44,963 nucleotides of DNA from NCBI GenBank assembly GCA_027482795.1, contig JAIXVS010000333.1, positions 1-44,963 of the forward strand, read 5' to 3'. Position 1 is the stretch's first letter, and each line of letters starts with the position of its first letter. The position numbers and the translations under genes were made by a program. The notes under the pieces are model-generated. The model was not told the DNA's origin. It ran no database searches and was given only the letters and a program-made list of their open reading frames with translations. Below, in pieces: positions 19,158-28,612 of the stretch. This DNA comes from Rhodobacter sp. (lineage in GTDB: Bacteria > Pseudomonadota > Alphaproteobacteria > Rhodobacterales > Rhodobacteraceae).

Positions 19158-20369
19158 ATGCCGCGCGCCTTTTTGATTGTGATGGATTCCGTTGGCATTG
19201 GCGGCGCGCTGGACGGGGCCGATTTTAGCACTGCGCTGGGCACGGATGCAGGTTCCAATACGCTGGGCCATATTGCGCAGGCCTGCGCGGCGGGGCGCGC
19301 CGATGTGGGGCGATCAGGCCCGCTGCATATGCCGCATTTGGATGGGCTTGGGCTGGGGGCGGCGGTGAGGCTCGCCTCTGGTTTGGATGCGCCAAACCTG
19401 AATGCCACCCCGCGCGGGCGCTGGGGTGCGGGCAATGAGGTCTCGCGCGGGAAAGACACGCCTTCGGGGCATTGGGAACTTGCTGGCGTGCCTGTGCCGT
19501 GGGACTGGGCCTATTTCCCCGACAAAACCCCCGCCTTTGACGATGATCTGGTGGCCCTTGTCTGCGCCCTTGCGGGCACGGGTGGTATTTTGGGCAATTG
19601 CCACGCGAGCGGTGTGCCGATTATTGCGGCGCATGGGGCCGAGCATCTGCGCACGGGCTGGCCGATTTGTTATACCTCGGCGGATTCGGTGTTTCAGATT
19701 GCCGCGCATGAGGGGGCCTTTGGGCTGGAGCGGCTGTTGAAACTATGCGCTGATTTGGCCCCCCATTTGCACGCGCGCAAAGTGGGCCGCGTGATTGCGC
19801 GGCCTTTCACTGGGGATGTGGGGCATTTTCAGCGCACGTCCAATCGGCGCGATTATGCGATTGCCCCGCCAAGCCTGACCTTGCTGGATTGGGCGCAAGG
19901 CGCGGGGCATGTCACGCACGCGATTGGCAAGATCGGGGATATATTCTCGATGCGGGGGATAGATCTTCTGCACAAGGCCACGTCTGACGCGGGGCTGTTT
20001 GACCATTTGGATGCCTTGGCTGGCGCTGCCGAAGACGGCGCGCTGGTGTTTGCCAATTTTGTGGAATTTGACAGCCTGTATGGTCACCCCCGCGATGTGG
20101 CGGGGTACGCGCGCGCGCTGGAATGGTTTGACGCGCGGGTGGGGGCGTTTTTGCCGCGCCTGCGCGCGGGTGATATTGCCATTTTTACCGCCGATCATGG
20201 CAATGATCCCACATGGCACGGCACCGAACACACGCGCGAAAGGGTTCCTGTTTTGGTGGCGGGCGCGGGTGCGGGGGAAATTGGCCAATGCGCCTTTGTC
20301 GATGTGGCGGCCAGTGTCGCCGCACATTTAGGGCTCGCGCAGCGGGGCGATGGGCGCAGTTTCTTGTGA
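19158..20369 (+). CDS. deoB: Phosphopentomutase
   Basis: DSVGIG, GKDTPSGHWE, YTSADSVFQIAAHE, TADHGNDP, HTRE. Confidence 0.96.
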   Translation: MPRAFLIVMDSVGIGGALDGADFSTALGTDAGSNTLGHIAQACAAGRADVGRSGPLHMPHLDGLGLGAAVRLASGLDAPNLNATPRGRWGAGNEVSRGKDTPSGHWELAGVPVPWDWAYFPDKTPAFDDDLVALVCALAGTGGILGNCHASGVPIIAAHGAEHLRTGWPICYTSADSVFQIAAHEGAFGLERLLKLCADLAPHLHARKVGRVIARPFTGDVGHFQRTSNRRDYAIAPPSLTLLDWAQGAGHVTHAIGKIGDIFSMRGIDLLHKATSDAGLFDHLDALAGAAEDGALVFANFVEFDSLYGHPRDVAGYARALEWFDARVGAFLPRLRAGDIAIFTADHGNDPTWHGTEHTRERVPVLVAGAGAGEIGQCAFVDVAASVAAHLGLAQRGDGRSFL

Positions 20370-20390
20370 CGCCGTTTGCGGTGGGACAGG

Positions 20391-20463
20391 AGGGGGGCTA
20401 GCCCCCCCGCGGCTGAAGCAAGCTTCAGCGGCACCCCCCAAGGTATTTGCGCCAATGTGAAAG
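20391..20463 (+). repeat. Structured intergenic repeat, copy 3
   Basis: GGGGGGCTAGCCCCCC hairpin, GCTGAAGC-AA-GCTTCAGC hairpin, ACCCCCCAAGGTATTT-N10-GAAA. Confidence 0.75.
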
Positions 20464-20553
20464 CGTAAAGAGATCGCGCAAAAGGCCTGCGGGGGCGCTT
20501 GACGCGGGCGGGCGGGCGCAGGATACCGAAGGGGCAAATTGTGGAGGCTGGCC

Positions 20554-21186
20554 ATGCGTGAACATTTGACCGTCGTATCGCACCCTTTGGTGCTGCATAA
20601 GCTAAGCCTGATGCGCGATAAAACCACCTCGACCGCCAGCTTTCGCCAGCTTTTGCGCGAGATCAGTTTGCTGCTTGCCTATGAGGTGACGCGCGAATTG
20701 CCGATGACCACGATGCGCATTGACACGCCGCTAGAGCCGATGGACGCCCCCGCGATTGAAGGCAAGAAGCTGGCGCTGGTTTCGATTTTGCGGGCGGGCA
20801 ATGGGCTGTTGGACGGGATATTAGAGCTGATCCCCGCCGCGCGCGTGGGGTTTGTGGGCCTATACCGCGACCCTGAAACACTGGAACCTGTGCAATATTA
20901 TTGCAAACTGCCCGATCAGTTGGACGAGCGGTTGTCGATTGTGGTCGACCCGATGCTGGCCACGGGCAATTCTTCGGTTGCGGCGATAGATTTGTTGAAA
21001 AAGGCGGGGGCCAAGAACATCCGCTTTTTGTGCCTGCTTGCCGCGCCAGAGGGGGTAGAGCGGATGCGCCTTGCCCATCCAGATGTGCCGATTGTTACGG
21101 CATCTTTGGACAGTCATTTGAATTCGCACGGATATATCGTGCCTGGCCTAGGGGATGCGGGTGACCGCATGTTTGGCACCAAATAG
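20554..21186 (+). CDS. upp: Uracil phosphoribosyltransferase
   Basis: [33 protein letters not shown]. Confidence 0.97.
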   Translation: MREHLTVVSHPLVLHKLSLMRDKTTSTASFRQLLREISLLLAYEVTRELPMTTMRIDTPLEPMDAPAIEGKKLALVSILRAGNGLLDGILELIPAARVGFVGLYRDPETLEPVQYYCKLPDQLDERLSIVVDPMLATGNSSVAAIDLLKKAGAKNIRFLCLLAAPEGVERMRLAHPDVPIVTASLDSHLNSHGYIVPGLGDAGDRMFGTK

Positions 21187-21201
21187 AGTGTTTGGCAGCA
21201 A

Positions 21202-21216
21202 TTAAGGCCAAATTAA
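21202..21216. promoter_or_regulatory. CtrA-type box upstream of the SPOR gene
   Basis: TTAA-GGCCAAA-TTAA = TTAA-N7-TTAA, ~68 nt before the ATG at 21284. Confidence 0.6.
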
Positions 21217-21283
21217 GGCAATCTGCTTGCGAACGGGTTTGGTTTCGCACATGGTATCCCAAATGCTGCATTTGGGGGAAAAG

Positions 21284-22576
21284 ATGCGGGTGATTCTATC
21301 TGGCGCTGTGGTTTTGGCCAGCCTGTCATTTGCGGCTTTGCCGCCCGCTTTTGCCCAATCGGTTGCCGCGGTGGGCGGCCCTGCCGAAGCGCCGCCTGCG
21401 GGGTTCTCTGGCCAGCAATATGTTGATAGCCGTGGCTGCGTTTTTATGCGTGCGGGCTTTGGGGGGCAGGTCACATGGGTGCCGCGCATTGGCCGTGACC
21501 GCAAACCGATGTGCAACGCTGTGACCCCATCGCAGGCGGCGGCGCGATTGGCGCAGGGCGATACGGCGGCACCGCTGGGCGGCACGCAAGACGTTGGCGC
21601 GCCGATGGATACGATTGCCTCGGATATGACAGCGGGACGCAAGACGGGCGTTTTTGCGCCGATTGCGGTGCCTGGGATAGAGCAGGGCACAGTTGCCCCG
21701 CGTGCGGTGGCCCGCGCCCAAGGTTACGCTGCGCCCGCGCCGCGCGCGGCCATTCAAATGCCCAATCTGGCCAGCGCCGCCCCAAGCGCAACCTATAGCG
21801 GGGGTGTTTCTGGCGCTGCGGCTTGCCCTGCCTCTGCGCCCGTGCTGCAAGCCATTCCGTTGACGACGGGGGGAAGCGTGACCGTTTGCACGCGCGGGGA
21901 TGGTTCGGCCACGGGCTGGGTTTCGCCCAATTATCGCGGTGTTGGCGCGGCGCTGCGCGGCGGGCAGGGCCAGCAGGCGGGCACTGCGCCTGCGGGCGGG
22001 GGCTATACGGGCGGCGGCGCGCAGGGATATGCGGGCGCGGCAAGCAGCGGCCAATCGGGCCGTTATGTGCAAACTGTGATTGCGGGCCAGCAGATCATCG
22101 CGCAGCGCCCTGCGCCGCAAACATACGAGGCGGCATGGGATGATGACCGCCTGAACCCTTATCGCGGCTGGGGTACGGCCACGGGCTGGGCGCAGCAAGC
22201 GCAGGTTTGGACGCAAAAAGTGCCCGCGCAAACCGTTGCCGATGTGGCGCGCAAAAAGGCGCAGCGCAGCGCAGGACTTGCCGCGCAAAGCGGCACGCGC
22301 CTGACGGCATCGACCATGTCGGCGGGCGGGCAAACCCAAGCTGCGGCAGGGGGGCGGATTTATGTGCAGGTCGGCACCTTTGGCCAGCCTGCCAATGCGC
22401 AGAACGCGGCAGGGCGGCTTGCAGGTATGGGCCTGCCTGTCGCCTCGGCCACGGGGATGCGGGGCGGGCAGCAACTGGTGGCCATTATGGCGGGGCCATT
22501 TGCCAGTGTGGCTGATGCCTCGGCCGCATTATCACTGGCGCGCGGGGCTGGGTTTGGCGACGCGTTTATTCGCTGA
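21284..22576 (+). CDS. Secreted SPOR-domain protein
   Basis: Signal peptide, QYVDSRGCVFMRAG N-terminal module, low-complexity linker, C-terminal YVQVGTF...GPF...GFGDAFIR SPOR domain. Confidence 0.88.
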   Translation: MRVILSGAVVLASLSFAALPPAFAQSVAAVGGPAEAPPAGFSGQQYVDSRGCVFMRAGFGGQVTWVPRIGRDRKPMCNAVTPSQAAARLAQGDTAAPLGGTQDVGAPMDTIASDMTAGRKTGVFAPIAVPGIEQGTVAPRAVARAQGYAAPAPRAAIQMPNLASAAPSATYSGGVSGAAACPASAPVLQAIPLTTGGSVTVCTRGDGSATGWVSPNYRGVGAALRGGQGQQAGTAPAGGGYTGGGAQGYAGAASSGQSGRYVQTVIAGQQIIAQRPAPQTYEAAWDDDRLNPYRGWGTATGWAQQAQVWTQKVPAQTVADVARKKAQRSAGLAAQSGTRLTASTMSAGGQTQAAAGGRIYVQVGTFGQPANAQNAAGRLAGMGLPVASATGMRGGQQLVAIMAGPFASVADASAALSLARGAGFGDAFIR

Positions 22577-22594
22577 TCTGCCTGTAATTGGGCC

Positions 22595-23602
22595 CTACTG
22601 ATCGCACATATATTGCAGTGCCAAAAACGCCGCATCTTCCAGCACGGGCGGGGTAGAGCCTTGCGGGGCGGGGTCTGGCATTTGTGCCAGCGCGGTATCG
22701 CCCGCAAAGGCCGCATAGGGCGCGCTGGAAATTCCCGCAGTGGTTAGGGCCGCGTGCAGGCTGGCGCTATCGTTCGTGGGCGGATCGCTTTGCGCAAGGC
22801 TTAGCCCATAGCCCGTTAGTGCCCCATCGGGCAAGGAGCCGCTGGACAAAAGCCGCATGGTGGCAAACAACCCCGCATGGCGCAGCGCGGCGACAAGCGG
22901 GTCATCGGCTTTGGCGGCTAAGTTTTGCGCCAGCACCATGCCCGCCAGAACATCGGGCCCTTCGGCGCGTTCCACTTGGGCATAGGGCAGCAAGATTGTC
23001 CCATCGGGCAGGGAGGTGGGGGCAGCCAGCCCCTCGCGCAGAATGGCGATGGCGGGGCGTGCATCGGGCAGCACGCGCCGCGCGAGATCGCCCGCCGCAG
23101 CCGCCCCCATTGCACCCGCGCAGGGCGAGCCGCTGATGGTGGCGATATCCTTCATCGCCTGCACGGCGATATCGCGCCGCGCGGCATCGGGCAGGCGGTT
23201 TGCGGCAAAATCATAAAGGCCAAGCGGCAGCCAAACGGCAATGCCGCCCAGCAGCGCCCCCGCCGCTGCCGCACCCAGCGCCGTGCGCAGCCGCCCTGGG
23301 CGTTTGCGCCGCCGATCCAGCGCCGTGCGCACTTTATCCAGCGCGGCAATCATCACTGGATCGTCTAGTTCCAGCGTTTCTTCGCCGTCCTCGTGGGCGC
23401 CATAAACGACAAAGCCTTCAAAGGCCCCAACCCGCGCTATGGCGGGCAGCGACCATTGGGTTAGCGGGCCTTCGGTTTTGGGATCGATCAGCACAATCGT
23501 CGCATCGCGCAGGCCCACAATAACCTCGCGGCGCTGCGCATCGGGCGCGCTGCGCCACAGTCCTGCGGCCTCGAGGCGGCTATATTGGTGCAGGGCGGTC
23601 AT
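22595..23602 (-). CDS. Conserved hypothetical membrane-anchored protein (degenerate M48-peptidase-like region)
   Basis: N-terminal soluble domain, one TM after RRKRPGRLR, then SLPDGTILL...PDVLAG resembling M48 but without HExxH. Confidence 0.7.
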   Translation of the reverse strand: MTALHQYSRLEAAGLWRSAPDAQRREVIVGLRDATIVLIDPKTEGPLTQWSLPAIARVGAFEGFVVYGAHEDGEETLELDDPVMIAALDKVRTALDRRRKRPGRLRTALGAAAAGALLGGIAVWLPLGLYDFAANRLPDAARRDIAVQAMKDIATISGSPCAGAMGAAAAGDLARRVLPDARPAIAILREGLAAPTSLPDGTILLPYAQVERAEGPDVLAGMVLAQNLAAKADDPLVAALRHAGLFATMRLLSSGSLPDGALTGYGLSLAQSDPPTNDSASLHAALTTAGISSAPYAAFAGDTALAQMPDPAPQGSTPPVLEDAAFLALQYMCDQ

Positions 23603-23741
23603 CGTCACTTTCACTGGGTTACTCAACCAGAGTAACCTACCCTTCTTGGCTGTTCAATCGGACAAGCGGGGGTAGGGCATGTCGTTTTTGGCAGGCTGCA
23701 TATGGCCGCAGTGTGGCACTTAGGGAAAAAAGGAATGCCCG

Positions 23742-24686
23742 ATGCCGCCAATTTTGCCGCTTGCCCAAAAACCTGACCGCACTTTGGCCGCTGCGGGCCT
23801 GACGCTGATTTATGCGCTGACGATTGGGTATACCGATAATCAGGTGCAAGTGATCGCCCAAGATGCGGGGCTGTGGCAGTTTCACGCGACGCGCAGTGTG
23901 ATGGCGATGGTGATTTTGGCGCTGGTGGCGCTGCCCTTTGGTCTGCGCCTGTGGCCCAAAAACTGGCGGCCTGTGCTGATCCGTTCGGTTTTGCACGCGC
24001 TGGCGATGGTGATGTATTTCGGCGCGTTGGCGTTTTTGCCTGTGGCTTTGGTGGCGGCAGGGCTGTTTACCGCGCCTATTTTTGTGCTGCTGATCTCGCG
24101 CTTTGCATTTGGGCGCGGCGTGGGGGCGGTGCAGGTGGCGGCAGTTATCATTGGCTTTGCGGGGGTGGTATTGGTTCTGGGCCCGCAGGCGCTGTCGGGT
24201 GCATCGCTGGCGGCGCTGTTTCCCGTGCTGGCGGCGGTTCTGTACGGGCTGGGTAATATCGCCACGCGCGAATGGTGCGAAGGCGAAAGCGCCGCGACCC
24301 TGCTTGCGGGATTTTTCATTATGCTGGGCATTTGCGGGGCCATTGGCATGGGCGTGTTGGCGCTGTTTCCGCAAGATGTGCCTGTGGGGACGGATGGTTT
24401 TGTGCTGCGCGGCCCTGTTATCCCCACGCCTGCCTTTTGGTTTTGGACATTCGTTCAGGCGGCGGGGTCGCTGTTTGGGGTTGGCATGGCTATTCGCGCC
24501 TATCAGCTGACGGCAGTGGGCAAAGCATCGGTGCTGGAATATCTGATCCTGCCCGCATCGGCGATTTGGGCCTATGTTTTGTGGGGCGATGGATTGGGCT
24601 TGGTTGCGCTGTTGGGCATGGCGCTGATTGCGGTGGCGGGGGCGCTGATTGCGCTGGCCCCGCAAAACCTTGGGCCGCAGCCTTAA
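23742..24686 (+). CDS. DMT/EamA family transporter
   Basis: About 10 TMs; LFTAPIFV and GFAGVVLVL patterns. Confidence 0.88.
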   Translation: MPPILPLAQKPDRTLAAAGLTLIYALTIGYTDNQVQVIAQDAGLWQFHATRSVMAMVILALVALPFGLRLWPKNWRPVLIRSVLHALAMVMYFGALAFLPVALVAAGLFTAPIFVLLISRFAFGRGVGAVQVAAVIIGFAGVVLVLGPQALSGASLAALFPVLAAVLYGLGNIATREWCEGESAATLLAGFFIMLGICGAIGMGVLALFPQDVPVGTDGFVLRGPVIPTPAFWFWTFVQAAGSLFGVGMAIRAYQLTAVGKASVLEYLILPASAIWAYVLWGDGLGLVALLGMALIAVAGALIALAPQNLGPQP

Positions 24687-25265
24687 CTACTGCCCTACCT
24701 CGGCGCGCCAATGGCGGCGGCATAGGCTGACATAGGTTTCATTGCCGCCAATTTGTACCTGCTCGCCATCGCGCAGCGCGCGCCCATCTGGCCCGCGCCG
24801 AATAACCATGGTGGCCTTTTTACCGCAATGGCATATCGTGCGCACTTCGCGCATCTCATCCGCCCAAGCCAGCAGCGCGGCTGACCCCGGAAAAAGATTG
24901 CCCTGAAAATCCACGCGCAGCCCGTAGGCCATCACGGGCACGCCCAGATCATCGACCGCACGCGCCAATTGCCAGACCTGCGGTTTGGTCAAAAACTGCG
25001 CCTCGTCGATGAACACGCAGGCCACTGGGCCAAGAGATTGGCGGGCGGCGATTTTGGCGAACATATCCTCGGCAGGGCCAAAGGTATCGGCGTCTTCGCC
25101 AATGCCGATGCGGCTGGCGATTTTGCCATGGCCTGCGCGGTTGTCCAGCTGCGCAGTGATCAGATAGGTGTGCATCCCGCCTTCGCGGTAGTTATGCGCG
25201 GCTTGCAGCAGCAGGGTCGATTTGCCTGCGTTCATTGTGGAATAGTTGAAATACAGTTTTGCCAT
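24687..25265 (-). CDS. tdk: Thymidine kinase
   Basis: STMNAGKST, FIDEAQF, YGLRVDF, ICHCG, YVSLCRRH. Confidence 0.97.
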   Translation of the reverse strand: MAKLYFNYSTMNAGKSTLLLQAAHNYREGGMHTYLITAQLDNRAGHGKIASRIGIGEDADTFGPAEDMFAKIAARQSLGPVACVFIDEAQFLTKPQVWQLARAVDDLGVPVMAYGLRVDFQGNLFPGSAALLAWADEMREVRTICHCGKKATMVIRRGPDGRALRDGEQVQIGGNETYVSLCRRHWRAEVGQ

Positions 25266-25411
25266 GATGGCTGCGGTTTAGCAAAAGCTGGGCTGGGGAT
25301 AAAGGGGTGCTGCCATCACCAAAACCCGCCACGCGCCAAGGGCCGCAAAAACCGTGCAGCTGCCACTTACCCGAACACTGGCCCACATAAACCAAGGTCA
25401 CGCGGCGCGCA

Positions 25412-25440
25412 TTGACCCTTGGCATGGCAAATGCCAATCT
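25412..25440 (+). promoter_or_regulatory. Candidate promoter with an embedded palindromic operator
   Basis: TTGACC-17nt-CAATCT overlapping the perfect palindrome TTGGCAT-N5-ATGCCAA (25419-25437). Confidence 0.4.
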
Positions 25441-25531
25441 TGCGCCCGCAGCGGAAGGGGAAAATCGGGGTGGTTTTCCCACGCATGTGCAGCCAAGCTT
25501 TTGGCATATGGAACTCTGGGGCAGGGCAGCC

Positions 25532-25990
25532 ATGAGCGTTGAATCTTATCTGAAAAAACACAGCGAAGCGTTGGTCAAGGATGTGGGCATCGAAGCGGCC
25601 TGCAAGTTGACGGGCAAATCCAAGGCGACCTTGGGGCGCTATTATTCCGACCAAGACGGCCACGATGACCGCTTTATGCCCATTGATGTTGTGGCGCAGC
25701 TGGAATCTGCCGCGCGCCATCCTTATGTGACAACTGCGCTGGCCGAACTGCGCGGCATTACTGTGGCCTATGATGCAGATAAGCGTAACGCTGAAAGCAA
25801 AAACGTAAACCAAGACGTTGTGGTTTTGGCCCAGCGGTTTGCGCAGTTGATGGCCGAATATAACACCGCCATTTCAGACGGGAAAATTTCGATCAACGAG
25901 GCAAAGCGGATGCTGCGCGAGACGCTGGCCATTCAGCAGGTGCTGCTGGATATGAAGCTGCATCTGGAAAAAGATACAAACGAAGAATGA
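25532..25990 (+). CDS. Hypothetical HTH protein resembling the phage regulatory CII family
   Basis: GIEAACKLTGKSKATLGRY HTH-like segment, RFMPIDVVAQLE and C-terminal DGKISINE helical hairpin. Confidence 0.65.
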   Translation: MSVESYLKKHSEALVKDVGIEAACKLTGKSKATLGRYYSDQDGHDDRFMPIDVVAQLESAARHPYVTTALAELRGITVAYDADKRNAESKNVNQDVVVLAQRFAQLMAEYNTAISDGKISINEAKRMLRETLAIQQVLLDMKLHLEKDTNEE

Positions 25991-26020
25991 AAAAGGGCGA
26001 GGTATGAAAAAGGGCGAGGC
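25987..26020. repeat. 17-bp tandem duplication at a stop codon
   Basis: ATGAAAAAGGGCGAGGT followed by ATGAAAAAGGGCGAGGC. Confidence 0.9.
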
Positions 26021-26034
26021 ATAAGGCCCCGCCC
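26007..26034 (-). terminator. Intrinsic terminator of the DEAD-box helicase gene
   Basis: Minus strand GGGCGGGGC-CTTAT-GCCTCGCCC-TTTTT. Confidence 0.75.
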
Positions 26035-26058
26035 GATGTTTTCGCTTGAAGCCGCGCC

Positions 26059-27441
26059 TTAGCTTGGACGGCGGCCTTGGCCTGATCCACCTTGGCTGGC
26101 ACTGCGCGGCTTGCCTGCCCCAGCTGGTGCGCCATCGCGGCGCGGCGCAAAGCTGCCGCCCATCGGTTTCGCGGCGGGCTTGCCAGCGCCAGGCTTTCCA
26201 GGCGCTGCGCGCTGCACGGGTTTGCTGCCCGCCTTTTGCCCGCCTGGGCGCGCGCCAGGGCGCTGGCCACGGTTTTGGCCAGGCTTGGGCGCTGCTGCCA
26301 CCATATCCGCCGACCACGGCGCGCCGCCCAAGGTTGGGATCGCCTTTTTCAGCAGCTTTTCAACCGCCTGCAATTCGCCCATTTCGGCAGGCGCGCAGAA
26401 GGAAATCGCGGTGCCTTCTTTGCCCGCGCGGGCCGTGCGGCCAATGCGGTGGACATAGTTTTCAGGCACATTGGGCATCTCGAAATTATACACATAGCGC
26501 ACACCCGGAATATCAATGCCGCGAGCGGCCACATCGGTTGCCACCAGCACATCTAATTCGGCATTGCGAAATTCGGTCAGCGTGCGGTCGCGCTGATTTT
26601 GGCTTTTGTTGCCGTGGATGGAACCCGCCTTAAAGCCCCAAGTCACCAGCAGCTTCATCAGCTTTTCCGACCCGTGCTTGGTGCGGCCAAAGACCAACGC
26701 CTGCTCGCCCGGATGTTTGTTCAGATACTCGCGCAGCATATTGGCCTTATCGCCGTTCGGGATGTAATGCACGCCTTGCACAATACGCTCGACGGGTTTG
26801 CCGGGGGGGGCCACCTGCACCTTAACGGGGTTGTGCAAATAGGTATCGGCAAGTTCGGCAATATCCTTGGGCATGGTCGCCGAAAACAGCATGGTTTGGC
26901 GCTTTAGCGGGATATGCTTGGCGATTTTGCGCAGGGAATGGATAAAGCCCATGTCCAGCATATGATCGGCCTCGTCCAGCACAAGGTAACCCGTGGCCGA
27001 TAGGGTGACATCGCCGCGCTCGATCAAATCAATCAAGCGGCCGGGGGTGGCGACCAGCACATCCGCGCCGCGCTTTAGCTTTTCGGCCTGTTTGAACAGG
27101 CTTGCCCCGCCAACAACCATGGCGATTTTAACGGCAGTGCCTTTGGTAAACACCTCTAGGTTATCGGCGATTTGGGACACCAGTTCGCGCGTGGGCGCAA
27201 GGATAAGCGCGCGCACGGTTTTGGGGGCAGGGGGGTGGCCCAGATCAAGGATGCGGTGCAGCAGCGGCAGGCCAAAGGCGGCGGTTTTGCCCGTGCCCGT
27301 TTGCGCCAGCCCCATCAAATCGCGCCCCGCCATGATATGGGGGATCGCCTCGATCTGGATCGGGGTTGGCATTTTCAGCGTGGTTTTTTCGAGGGTCTTT
27401 AGAATGGAGGGGGACAGCCCCAAATCAGCAAAAGTGGTCAT
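26059..27441 (-). CDS. rhlE: DEAD-box RNA helicase (RhlE-like)
   Basis: Q motif PTPIQ, AQTGTGKT, PTREL, TPGR, DEAD, SAT, HRIGRTAR; basic disordered tail. Confidence 0.9.
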   Translation of the reverse strand: MTTFADLGLSPSILKTLEKTTLKMPTPIQIEAIPHIMAGRDLMGLAQTGTGKTAAFGLPLLHRILDLGHPPAPKTVRALILAPTRELVSQIADNLEVFTKGTAVKIAMVVGGASLFKQAEKLKRGADVLVATPGRLIDLIERGDVTLSATGYLVLDEADHMLDMGFIHSLRKIAKHIPLKRQTMLFSATMPKDIAELADTYLHNPVKVQVAPPGKPVERIVQGVHYIPNGDKANMLREYLNKHPGEQALVFGRTKHGSEKLMKLLVTWGFKAGSIHGNKSQNQRDRTLTEFRNAELDVLVATDVAARGIDIPGVRYVYNFEMPNVPENYVHRIGRTARAGKEGTAISFCAPAEMGELQAVEKLLKKAIPTLGGAPWSADMVAAAPKPGQNRGQRPGARPGGQKAGSKPVQRAAPGKPGAGKPAAKPMGGSFAPRRDGAPAGAGKPRSASQGGSGQGRRPS

Positions 27442-27792
27442 AAATAACTTTCTGGGCGCGGGTGCGCCCTAGGCCCCCATAAAGGGCCATTCAGGTGTTG
27501 CGCCGCCCCCTCGCCCTGCGCCAATGCGCAGAACCGTGAAAGGCGCGGAACCCCTGCGTGCGGTGGGAACCAGTCTATCGGGGCCTGCTTTTGCCAATGA
27601 ATGGCACATGCGCACGCGGCACGGGCGCTCCGATACCCGTTCAGATGCGCCTGAACTGGGCGTTTGTCAAGAAATCCTTTGCAAGTGCAGAAAATTGGCG
27701 CGATTAACCTTATTGTTTCCAAATTTAGGATAGTGACGGCGCGGCGCGGGCCCGCTAATGTGCGGCAAAAGCAGTGAAAACGGATTTGCAGG

Positions 27793-28611
27793 ATGAACAC
27801 CCCCCTAAACCGCCGCCCCGTTGCTAGTTTGTGGATTGGCGAGAGCCTGCACTATGTCAATCAGTTGTGCCTGAAATCGCATCTGGTGCATGGCCATCCT
27901 GTCACGCTGTATTGCACCGATAATGTGCGGGGTGTGCCCGAAGGCGTGGTTGTGCGGCCAGCATCCGAGATTATGGACATTGATCGGCGCATTGTTGAGG
28001 AAACATCCGCCTCGTTCCTATCGAACGTGTTTCGCTATAAGATGATCCAAAAGACGGACGCCATTTGGATTGACTGCGATGCGTTTTGCTATCGCCCTTT
28101 CCCCGACGATCAGGCCCATATCTATGCAGGCCACGGGATGCGCGGCGCGCTCAATTGCGGGGTGGTGGCCAGTCCGCACACGGGCGCGCTAATGGACGCG
28201 CTGCTGGATTACTATGACAATCTGCCCGACTACCCTGCATGGTGGGGGCCAAAGCAGCGCAAGAAAATGGATAAGCTGGACAGCTCCATCCCAAAACCCG
28301 TGCGGATTTATCAAACCGAACGCACCGCATTTGGCCCGCAGGCGTTCACCTATTTTGCGGGCAAGACGGGCGATATTGATAAGGCGATGGGCGCAGATAC
28401 CCTGTATCCCGTGCCGTTTCAGCTGAACGATGTGTTCTATGACCCCTATTCACAGGTTGAGAAACACTTCACCGAAAACACCCTGTCGGTGCATATCTAC
28501 ACCAACGCCTCGCGCCCGTGGTGGCGCAAAAACCCACCGCTTGCAGGCAGCTATATTGCGCGGATGTGCCAGCACCTGTCCATAGACCCCACGGCGGCGT
28601 TAGAGCAGTAA
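27793..28611 (+). CDS. DXD-motif glycosyltransferase (GT32 / sugar-binding-region-like)
   Basis: VASLWIG, SNVFRY, IWIDCD, FGPQAFT, LYPVPF. Confidence 0.75.
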   Translation: MNTPLNRRPVASLWIGESLHYVNQLCLKSHLVHGHPVTLYCTDNVRGVPEGVVVRPASEIMDIDRRIVEETSASFLSNVFRYKMIQKTDAIWIDCDAFCYRPFPDDQAHIYAGHGMRGALNCGVVASPHTGALMDALLDYYDNLPDYPAWWGPKQRKKMDKLDSSIPKPVRIYQTERTAFGPQAFTYFAGKTGDIDKAMGADTLYPVPFQLNDVFYDPYSQVEKHFTENTLSVHIYTNASRPWWRKNPPLAGSYIARMCQHLSIDPTAALEQ

Positions 28612-28612
28612 A

